64,000 nucleotides of DNA from Antedon mediterranea (Eukaryota > Animalia > Echinodermata). A model generated the notes under the pieces. It was not told the origin of the DNA and did not search any database. It was given only the letters and a program-made list of their open reading frames with translations. Both the position numbers and the translations under genes were made by a program. How positions within the stretch are numbered: the first letter of the stretch is position 1; each line of letters opens with the position of its first letter. Shown in pieces: positions 53,171 to 64,000 of this stretch. The DNA is taken from the NCBI RefSeq assembly GCF_964355755.1, contig NC_092671.1, positions 35,660,304 through 35,724,303 of the forward strand, written 5' to 3'.

Positions 53171-55068
53171 TGTACATCAAAATCTTTAGTACAGATAGGC
53201 CTATAGATAAAATCATGAGAGTGGTTTTTATTTGTCTAGTAAATCTTGCATAGTATGTGAGTTCATTCTAATATTGCACATGATCTCTTTAACCTTATCT
53301 ATAAAAAATGTAACCTTTATTTATACAAAAATGTAACCTTAATTTATGCTTGAAAACAAATACCTTACCCCCTTACATATTTAAATGTACCTTCTGAATA
53401 ATATAATGTTATGAATATGTTACTGATACTTTGGAGGCATATTGATGCTGTAGTGATTTTGATTGTTTTATGTAATTGGTACCAGCTTTCATTTTGTTTA
53501 TCTGTTTAATAGAACACGTCTCTTTTGGATTGTGAAATAATAAGAAATATAAATTTTGTTTCAGTACAACTTTTCAGAATTTTAAATTATCATCTGCACC
53601 AGAATGATCTACAAACATTTAAAACATTTTTAAATGTCCTAGATATTCTTGACATAAAACACATAAACATCACATTCAAGTCAAGAGCACATTCTTCTTT
53701 TAAATTCGTGAAAAATGAGTGCGCAACATTTAGATATGTTTTGATCAATTCCTTATAATTTTTTCTCACGTTTAGTGTGATGCGTTTTATGGCTTTAATA
53801 GTGTGTAACGAGCTTAATGACATTTTGATAGAAACGTCCATGGTCATAAGTTCAACATTTTATTTCTTTTACGATTACTCAGCTATGGTTTCAATATTTC
53901 AATTAAATTTATACAAATTAATCTTTTCATTGATTTTATTTTCCAATTAATAATTAGAAGATGGAATAAATATTTTCATTTTAAAATGTAAAAATAAAAA
54001 AATACTATTTATATTGATCATTAATTTGTTTGGTTTTGCTAAAAGGATTGATGATGTAATGATTTAATACATTATACAGTACATGATAAAACTTGTCAGG
54101 CGTTGAATGCAAATTTTACAAACATTGTAGTTTTTATAATGGTTTTTCTAGATGTTACATGTATTTTTAAGTTTTTATATCTGTAAAATTATACTCATTT
54201 CAGCATTTGGCTGCCTGTATGATTTATTTGATTAAATAAATATACCTTGAATAAAAAACAATGAACAGTACCACCAAAAATAAGAAGATTATGTAAAGGC
54301 AAAATAAAAAGAACAAGTTTTGCCAATTCAATTGATGTTCAGTTCTTACCCAATGTGGACTGACATAGTACTACTTAAAGGAGATGAGCTTTATTGGACT
54401 CATCTAGTCCAAACATAACTTTAAATATGAAATATCATATCTGAAAAAAACTATTGATACATTTTAAAAAAATGTTTCCTTTTTTAGCATTCTAAAGTTT
54501 CTAAATTGGTCTTCTTGTTAAAAGTAGACAAATTTAACTATTACAAATGAGATTCTTTTCAAAAGACGTAATTGAGATGGAGCGTATGGTCCCCTGAAGT
54601 GTCATTGTTAGAAATCTGTTTTCTACGACCACTTTACGATTAGCCGGCTGTAAACACTTGTAAGCCAGTGAAAATTTATAGCTTTTACGTTTTGCCTTTA
54701 TTCCGATGCTAAAATGTTTACACTATTTGCGAAAGAGCATGCATTTGTTAAGAATTCTCTTTGAAAACAAATTAAGATAAAAAGAAACCTGTACTGAAAT
54801 TAGTTGTGGCTTAACTTCACAACTGATTTTCTCATTTTAGCTTTCTGGTATTTAACCTTTCATCTGATAAGCAAAATATAAATACTTCTTACAAATTACA
54901 CAGTATTCAATTAATCCAGAAATTGGATTTTGTTTTTTCTGATTCTGTACTTTAGTTTTTTAGTAATACTTGTATTGTTCATTTCTAAATGAACAATTAA
55001 AATTGTCCAATATCTATTTTTATTTTTAAAACGTACCAACTTTTGGAATGTATTAATTCCTTGTCAGG

Positions 55069-55170
55069 CTGCCACCAAACACTTGTCTGTCTGCCACCAA
55101 ACACTTGTCTGCGTGCCACCAAACACTTTTCTGTCTGCCACCAAACACTGTCTGTCTGCCACCAAACACT
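55069..55170. repeat. 22-bp minisatellite (CTGCCACCAAACACTTGTCTGT), about 5 units
   Basis: Direct inspection. Confidence 0.9.
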
Positions 55171-57719
55171 CATTCATCTGTCTATAAAAGGGACTGATCA
55201 GTAAACCTCCTACTCTTCCGAAAGATGCACTGGGTTCATGAGCTTATTTTTATTTATGACTCTTTTTGTTGTTTCATTTCCATGGATACACAAAGCTCAC
55301 TACATCAAGGCATTTGTAGTTCATACAAACTGCATTGTTTACTGTGGAAGGCTAGACATAGTGTAAATTACGTTTTAGTACACTTCACACTACTATAGTA
55401 GTATGTGCGAGATTGGTCAAATGTTTGCAGTATTTCATTACTTATAAATTGTATACAAACCTGTATTTAGCACACCCACAATGATATTTTTAAATGTTTA
55501 ATGTTCATTAATACATAAAATGATACCCAAAGGAAATACGAAAATATTCACCGTAAAACTGTGAATCCCGAGATAGTTGTTAGTGATTTCTCCTAAATAT
55601 AGATTTTAAACTTAATAGCATTCTGAGGCGCTAAAAAGATATCGAGAGTTTTTATAGCGATGTAACATGACCTTATTTTTTTGCATAATAATAAGTGAAT
55701 TATGGTAAATCCGCTGAGATCACCTCTTAAAAAATGAAATTGCGAATACACTTTTGTATTGATATATAGATTTACATTTTCTGATGATATGCTTTCATCT
55801 TAACGCAGTGTAAATAAGATAACATTTAGAGTGTCTTGTTGTGCTATCAGGAGAATTGTTTAAGATGATACATTAATTAGCACTCTCATAACTTTACCTT
55901 CATCATAGATGTTTTATGAGGTTATTTATTTATTACTTTGTCTTGTGGATGATTTACCTATACAGGTATCACTTAGGTATGATTTAATATGTCCTGAGGG
56001 AAAATTGTCACAAATTTGATTTATGATCGACATGAAACATTTGAAATGCCGGCCGCGTTTACTGTTTTTCTTTTAATTAACAATTGTCGGTAAATTTAAG
56101 CAACCATTGTGTTGTTTTTTTATTCATTGCAAGTATAGCATGTTTTTTCAAACACAAACCTACTTTTTAACAGGGACATAGTTCATTCAAGTTTTTTTAG
56201 TAATATATTATTATTATTATTTTGTCTTGAAAAAAATACTTTTTTAATCATTAAAATAATTCTAATAATTAGATAGTAAAATGACAACTAACAATGTGAA
56301 TATATGGCATTTAATCAATCGCCACTCTCTAATGTCACACATATTGATACATCAATTATTCTTTAAACTGTTAAACTCGGATTCTTTGCGAAATATAAAA
56401 TACCAAGAAATACCTTATATAATGAACAAGATCTTTTCACTATTGGTCTTACAAAAATAGTAAAACAAATGTTGTAGAAAAAATCATTCAAATATAAGAA
56501 AACCATGAATACAGGAGGATGATATTGGAAACAAAATGTGAAAAACTAATTTACAAAGATTACTGATATATTTTTTTTTGTTTTTGGGCAGAATGAAAAA
56601 AGGGGGAAAGCAATATGATTAAAGAAATGACATATGAAGATGTTTAGCTAAAAGACAATATTACTGATTATTTGTAATGTATTTAATTATGGTATGAAAT
56701 AATAATAGTGGTGGTTCATGCCACAAAAGAGAAACAAAAAAGAGTATTTCAAGAAGTAACCATTGTTAATTTAGACCTGCTTCTGCTGGCTAGAGAATAT
56801 AACTATTTTATTTTCACAAATTAACGGGTTCATGTCTCTGCAGCAGAAACTCATTAATTATAAATAATTGAGCTACTACTTAATGACCAGTAAATTTATG
56901 TTTGGTCATTACAAGTTTAGATGGACTTGCCACTATTTGTAAACTTTGTTACTATCTGTTTATGACTTGTTTAATTTCAGTGTCAGTCTCAGTATTCATT
57001 TCTTAATCAGTGATGTACAACACTTAAAGGGTTTACTTTCGGGTTGAGACTTTTATTCTTAGTTACATTATATAATCAATTGTGACTTGGTGCCACAAGA
57101 CATAATAGTAATGGTAAATAATAGGAAAAAGTAACATAACTTTTGTTTAATTCAAAACTATTTCTCTTTACAAGCGGTACCATGATGACTTATAATTGTT
57201 AAGCCGGCAAAATGTGTAATATATCCAATACCCAAATAGTATGCATTCGATTAACTTTTTAATTTAAATTATTTTTAGATAAAGACAATTAATAGTAAAT
57301 ACAGTTTGCCAAAATTTAAGTATACATTTATGAAATTTCTTCAATTTTGGTGAAATTTCCATTAATTAATTCTATACCACTTTAATGGATTATTTTATTT
57401 ACTACTTGAGTGTGGTATCATCATATCAATATACTGTATGGTTGCAAATTCTTATTTTATATTTTGTTACACTATCTTATATTCTAAACAATAGAAATAA
57501 TTCAAGCACTACCTGAATTTCCCTTTAAACATTCAATCATGTTCTAGTCACTCAGCTCTTGTCAAATGACCAGCCAGCGTGGTCATTAACCTATAGCTAT
57601 ATTCCTTTCAGCGTACGAATAAAACACACCATAAGAAGCTCATAAATGTATTTACATTCTAATACAACTCATTTATTCAGTTGTGCCATTATTTAACAGA
57701 ACTTATACATAATTAACAG

Positions 57720-59626
57720 AACTTAATGATATAGCTAGGGAAGCTTTCTTGTTGTGGAAATTTAATGGGAAACCTAGACATGGTCCTTTATTTGATACCA
57801 TGAAAGTTGCTAGATCTCGTTTTAAACTGGCTCTTCGGAACTGCAGACAGAATGAAGAGCAACTTCGAGCTGATAAGATTGCGAACTCTTATATTAATAA
57901 CGATTTTAACAGTTTTTGGAATAACGTAAAGCGTATGAACAACTCATCTTCTGGTTCATCTAACATTATTAATGATGTTAGAGGGGATAATAATATATGT
58001 AAAACATGGGCTGATCATTATGAGAAGCTTTTCAATTGTGTTAACAATGATACTCATAGAATTTATGTTGAAAGACATCTTAATGAAATTAATGTATCTG
58101 CTTTTGATGATAAAATTTGTACTGATAGTAATATATTGTATAGTATAAATAAGCTCAATAGTGGTAAATCCCCTGGGTTTGACGGGCTTAGTGCAGAGCA
58201 TTTGAAGTATGCTTCAAAACATGTTATTACTTTACTTAGTTTATGTTTTAATGCTATGTGTATCCACGGCCATGTCACTGATGAAATGGTACGAGTTGTA
58301 CTGGTGCCTATAATTAAGAGTAAATCTGGTGACATTACGAGTATGGATAATTATAGGCCTACTGTATAGCTCTTGCTTCTGTTGTATCTAAGATATTTGA
58401 AACATTGTTAATCAATTATTGTGGAGATACCCTTAAGTCAGGGGATCACCAGTTTGCTTTTAAAAGTCAACACTCCACGGATACTTGTATCTTTGTTTTT
58501 AAGCAGATAGTGGATTACTATAATAGGAATTGGAGCCCCGTATTTACTTGTTTTCTTGACGCGAGTAAAGCGTTCGACCGAGTCAATCACTGGTCACTGT
58601 ACAGGCAATTAATTATGAGAGAAACAAACATTATTGCTATTAGACTTCTAAAATCTTGGTATGAGAATCAACGATTTTTTGTTAGATGGGGTAACTCTAT
58701 GTCTTCAGGTTTTAAAGTTACCAATGGCGTTAGACAGGGTGGTGTTATGTCTCCTCTGTTATATAATGTTTACATTGACAATTTAAACAGTATGCTTAGT
58801 GATTGTAATTTTGGTTGTGAGCTCAATAATACAAAGTTCAACAACTTAAGTTATGCAGATGACATGGTGTTACTTGCGCCCTCTTTAGATGCCCTCCAAA
58901 AGATGGTTAACATATGTGAGGATTTTGCTAATGACTTTGATGTATTATATAATTCAAAAAAATCATGTGTTTTTGCCCTAGGAAAAGAAAACTGAATGGT
59001 AATTATGTTACTGTTCTATGTGGTAAAGAACTAAATTACGTTCAATCCACTACCTACCTTGGTTGTGTTATCAGCAATGATACTAGGGACGAACTGGATA
59101 TTAAAAGGCAATATCGATCAGTATGTATTAGAGGTAACTCTCTTTGTAGAAAATTTAGTAAATGCTCAACAGATGTTAAGATTACTTTGTTTAAGTCATA
59201 CTGTATTAGTATGTATTGTGCGGCCTTATGGTGCGATTTTAATATAAAAACTATAAAGTCATTACAGGTCTGTTATAATAACGCACTTAGAAAGATTTTA
59301 AGACGCTCAAGGAGCTGTAGTGCTAGTGCTATGTTTGTTGATAACCATGTTCCCTCCTTCTATGAGTACATTCGGAAATCAATTTTTTGTTTCAAAACAA
59401 AAATTGAAAAAAGCTGTAATACTTTAATTACATGTGTTTTTTCTCGTATTCTAAAAGATTCAAAGTTGCATAGAAAATGGACAGAACTTTTGTATATTTA
59501 ATCTCATGTATACTTTTACGTGTGTTAACTAGTATCAGTATAGCCATATAATGTGTTGTTTTTGTAAACTTTATGTGTTTCATATGGACAGTTTGTCTGA
59601 AATAAAGTTGAATTGAATTGAATTGA
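57720..59626 (+). mobile_element. 5'-truncated LINE (RTE-X-like RT) with two frameshifts
   Basis: KSPGFDGL, NYRP, FLDASKAFDRVNH, GVRQGGVMSP, YADD, YLG; AATAAA and (TGAAT)n tail. Confidence 0.9.
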
Positions 59627-59958
59627 GTACATATAGTGTCCCCTATCAAGCAATACTTAGTGAAAATTTAGTGTTCAAATTATGATTAATTTGGTGTTTT
59701 TGATCCACCACAAATTCATACACATGACCAATACCTTTTCACTACCAAATTTGAGGTCCAATTTAAAAAAAAGAAGAACATTTAATAATTGTAAGTTTAA
59801 ATATACTGTATAATTGGGAGCCACTTGACCTTGTAATTCTACATATTCTACCATTTTTTTGTTTCACCAACAGGTGATAATGTTACATTTAGTTACAAAT
59901 TGTATACAATTTTTTAAATAATTAGTATAATTTTTAAAACATTTTCTCTCTCTCTTAG

Positions 59959-60030
59959 GTTCTGCATCAACTACCACCGAAGCAAAGACAAAAAGTTCCA
60001 TTTGATCTTGCAGACTCTGATCAGAGACAG
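59959..60030 (+). CDS. ZRANB3: ZRANB3-like exon (not in the ORF track)
   Basis: ctctcttag acceptor, CAG|gtacat donor; VLHQLPPKQRQKVPFDLADSDQRQ. Confidence 0.92.
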
Positions 60031-60692
60031 GTACATGGATAACTTATATCAATGACATTTTAATTAACATTTCATAATCTTACTTATACTATAAATCATC
60101 ATCGAGCAGACGCATACAAGATGGAGTCCACAATTCAACACCACAAGTTTTTTTCTCAATAGCAGACACCTGCAAATCCACGCTATGATATTGGTTGGAT
60201 TTTCAGCCTTTGTTTTATTGTGAATAATTGTTCAGTTAAAGCTATTAATCATGTATTGGTACTAAAATCCCAATGCATTATAAATCTTATATGAATGTGG
60301 TCTATTATTTATATGCATATATCCTCTATGCTTTATGAAAATACTATATATAATATATAATATATAATAATAAGGAATTTGGTAATTAAAAAAAAGGAAT
60401 AGAAAAAAATGCAGCTCTAGCTTGTGAGTAGGAAAGCAAGGAATACAAATAATGAATGAAATGTTTTTATGAGTTGAAAGTGAACAACGAAACAGTCAGG
60501 ATTTCCAGATTTTATTCAATGAATCCACTGCTTCCATCTTGCATAAAACTGTTGAAAAAGTGGTTTTTGAATTTTAGCCACTGATGATCAGAGCAATTAT
60601 AAATCAATCTACAATTTGGTATTCGAATGTGCATCATTCACTAGCCAAGAGCGATAACAATTTTACTGCAAGTTTACTGCAGTAGTAAGTGG

Positions 60693-60978
60693 GTGAGTGG
60701 CCGAGCAGCCATAACCATAATTATGTAGCTATAATATCGGCAGGGGTTCGAAGCTCACTCACTCCATGGTTCTGGTGGTAGAACGAGTCTTCTCGGATAA
60801 GGACTATAAAGTGTACAGTAGGTCCAGTGTTAAAGAACCTAGTAAATCTTTTGAGACGAGTAGGGGGTTACCCTGGTGTATTAGTACATCACAGCCACTG
60901 ATCACTAACTGGGCTCTCTGGGAGACCAGTCTTTGACTGAAGAGGTCACCCAGTATAAAAAAAAATAAACTAAACTAA
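60693..60978 (+). mobile_element. DeuSINE-like tRNA-derived SINE, copy 3
   Basis: Homologous to 4629-4938; A-rich/(AAACT)n tail. Confidence 0.85.
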
Positions 60979-61584
60979 TGCCAACAAAATGGGAGAAAAA
61001 CAATGCACAGCAGCACATGGTGAGCACAAAGACAAAAAGTTCCATTTGATCTTGGCAGAAAAAAATAATGCACAGCACATGATACAAAATCAACCAATCA
61101 AATGACAAGAATACACTTACAGTAGGTGCGAATAAAACAATATATGTTTCTGTTTGTCCTCATCTGTGGTCGCTTGGTTGAATACCGCAAGTATGTCGAC
61201 ACAAATTAGTGTGAACTGAAGAGGGCAGTATAATATATAATAAATTACCAGTATCAACAACAACACCAACATCAAAGACTATGTTTAATAAAGTGGGTCA
61301 CATCGATACAAGATACCACACCGACAAACATTTTCCAAGATTATTTGGGTCGAGATTTCAATAAAGAATTGTCTGATCCAGTCTTAACAAATAATTGCTG
61401 TTCTCCGTACTGGTTTCAAATTATCATATCTTAAGATTTAAATAGCTGCCTTCTGATATTTAATGTAACATGTAATTTAAACATGTAATTCAAAATAATG
61501 TTATTTTAATTTAAGATAGAAAATAATTTATATGTTGACCCTTCCCACTTATATTCCAACTTTCCTGGACTTTCTGCATTTTCA

Positions 61585-61686
61585 CTCGACCTGAGGACGA
61601 TCAAAGCATATTGAACGAAACGTCGAGAAACTCAACAGTTCTTTTCAGAACTAATATACGTGGTGTACCGCAAACTTTATATCAAC
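61585..61686 (+). mobile_element. Penelope-like family C terminal segment with hammerhead-like motif
   Basis: CTCGAC-CTGAGGA-C-GATCAA-loop-TTGAAC-GAAAC-GTCGAG; downstream part shared with 15781-15871 and 27745-27848. Confidence 0.6.
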
Positions 61687-61773
61687 AACTTATATTCTAT
61701 TATATATATTTTCATTATTATTTAACTTTATTATTTTTGGATAATTCTATGTTTATATAAGGAATATTTGTTA

Positions 61774-62052
61774 AGCCTGGTTTCCATAAAATTGCTACAC
61801 GGTGTCGCCGACAGAGCGTAGTGATTCTATGGAAACGCTAGAATTTATCGGGGATCTAGTACGCGAACGCTAAATATTCTTTGGTACATGCATATACGAT
61901 TCATCGCTGACAAAATCGGCAAAGTTGAACATGGTTGAACTTTGCCGATTTGTCTGCGATGAATCGGGGAGACCTCCCCGATGCGCGTCGCAACATCTGC
62001 GCGTGTAGCGATTTCAATGGAAACGGTGTAGCGATTTTATGGAAACCAGGCT
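61774..62052. mobile_element. PIF/Harbinger-like MITE with TTA TSD
   Basis: TTA|AGCCTGGTTTCCATAAAATTGCTACAC ... GTGTAGCGATTTTATGGAAACCAGGCT|TTA. Confidence 0.88.
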
Positions 62053-62426
62053 TTAGAAACACACATAAATGCTCACAGGACTAAAAGCATTCATAAGTCA
62101 TCTAAACTTCTATCGTGTCCTACCCTAACATAGCATTTATGTTCACTTTATTTTTCATCATATCCCCCCAGAAGTCCGTCAGTATTTTCTCTCTTTTTGT
62201 GTCTCTGACTATAAACACATAGTGTATACCACAAACATGTTGTTCCACATCGTTCAAACAACATTGTGTCATTATTTTTACTTATTTTCTCATAAATTTG
62301 ACTAAAGGTTATTTTCAAAGTTTAATTCCAAATATTACTTTAAGTCTCCAGCACTCTAAACCACAATGCTTTTCAGATATGAATTGTCAAGACAACGATG
62401 TACTAAATCTCCAACTCATTTTGTAG

Positions 62427-62561
62427 GATTTGGAAAAGCATTGGAAGGATCTGCATTCGTTGATTAACGATGACGTCGCAGATGATCGCACACGGTCAAA
62501 CACCACTTTCGAGATCAGAAAGTTGATTTCTCAGCTGTACATACAAACAGGACGGACTAAG
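62427..62561 (+). CDS. ZRANB3: ZRANB3-like exon (linker before the second RecA lobe)
   Basis: ttttgtag acceptor, AAG|gtaatg donor, 135 nt phase 0; DLEKHWKDL...IRKLISQLYIQTGRTK resembles the LI..MF.QTA.AK helix. Confidence 0.85.
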
Positions 62562-64000
62562 GTAATGGGGATATGGTTTACTTCTATATTAACAGCTTTA
62601 TCTAATGCACAATGTCATAAATTAAATTAATCAAGAAATGTAATTGCAACTATGTCAATGCCTCGTTAGCGATACACACTGTATTAACTCTGACGAAATT
62701 CCAATAAGAATTGATGGTTGTCTCATCAACTTTTTCAAACACAGTTTGAAGTTTGTTAATTTCTATGAATTAATACATATATATTGTCTGTCTTTGTATT
62801 GTGGTGTTCATTGTAAGTTTTTTTAATGTATTTTATGAATGTTTTTAATCTATTGCTCAAAAAACAGGATCATATGTAAAACAGGTGCAATATACCTGAT
62901 ATTTTTATTCTGTATATAATATGTTCTAAATAAAAAATAAAAATAAAATAAAATAAAATTAAAATAAAACAAAAATAAAAGAATAGACGTTGTAGCTAGA
63001 ATGTGTAACATTTAAGAAATTTTTTATGAAATTGAAAACAATTTAAAAATACTACAAAAATGAATGAGAAATTATGATTAATGTTATTATTTTTGGCTAT
63101 TGAAATTTTGGAAGAATTAATTTTTGAAAAAGGTTGCAAATTACCTGAGTGTAAGACAATTTAATGGTGCTTATTACCATTTAGTTTTAGTTTATGAACG
63201 TAAGAGGAACAAAGGTTAAAAACATGACGTGAGATATGAAGGTGTTAGAATCATAAAAACATTATAGATGTACTTTAAAAAATAACAAGGATTTATAGTG
63301 GATTATACACTATGCATAGTGTCCATGTATAATGTGTGATTGAGAGAGTACACAAACACCAGGATTTGAAATGCATTTAAAAAGACTAACGCCTTTACAA
63401 AATGTGACAAGTTGATCGTTAAATCGCTCTAGGTGCAGGCTTTTTTAAATGATTTACTAGTTTTTGGAATTAGCCAAAGTGAATAGTTCCTTTTTAATGT
63501 ACTTAAATGTGTATCAGGAAAGCAGATAATGCTATCAAGGGGACCTTTTAAACTTGTATAATAGTGTAAATTTTGTATATATGTATATAATAAGTCCTGA
63601 TAACATTAAACTCTGGCAGATCCATGACTTTCCTTGAAAAATACCCTAATCTATCAATCAAAGAGAATTATATATTTGAGAAAAAAAAAATGTTTATGTG
63701 TTAAGTTTAGAAAAGTCTTTTAACTTATTGATTTAACTTTTTATTTTTCAAGCGGCTGAACTTGACTAGTTGTGACTATTTGTTTAGCCCTTCCTATGAT
63801 TTAATATGTTTTTATTTATGTTTACAATATTTATACTTTATTTTTGGGTAAATAAAAGCAAAAAAAGAAAGAATAATATATCAATTTAAAACTGATTTTT
63901 TCTTCTTTTTTTTTTCATTTAAAATGTTTTACATTATATATTACACTTAATATAGTTATTTATATTTATTTGTTGTATTCATGGAAGCTGATGGCACATT

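Noticed and set aside
45344-59501. Reverse transcriptases as retron, DGR or group II intron systems
   Set aside because: APE endonuclease, LINE-type motifs, 5' truncation and simple-repeat tails identify ordinary non-LTR retrotransposons

Overview
AT-rich eukaryotic (metazoan, probably invertebrate deuterostome) DNA; not prokaryotic. The only host gene I can support is a + strand SNF2-family annealing helicase, most likely ZRANB3. Six GT-AG exons (9304-9482, 19981-20212, 21941-22059, 49751-49823, 59959-60030, 62427-62561) splice into one open 270-codon frame covering motifs I (MGLGKT), II (DESH) and III (TGTP); the gene runs off both window ends. The introns (1.7-27.7 kb) hold three long decayed LINEs, LINE fragments, tRNA-derived SINEs (including a DeuSINE-like family), Harbinger-, Kolobok-, Sola- and Mutator-like non-autonomous DNA elements, Helitron/Helentron pieces, Penelope-like fragments with hammerhead-like cores, and minisatellites. 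Most interesting: (1) a (TA)n-embedded ~372-bp tandem element with an internal, structurally intact but re-sequenced tRNA mimic followed by a T-run; (2) many TACAGTA/TACTGTA motifs, several shown to be 5-bp insertions at TA (Tc1/mariner excision footprints); (3) a hammerhead-like motif whose sibling copy is truncated exactly after its GUC triplet; (4) a four-level transposon nest; (5) a 28-bp copy of a host exon in the next intron. All family names come from pattern recognition; no database search was run.
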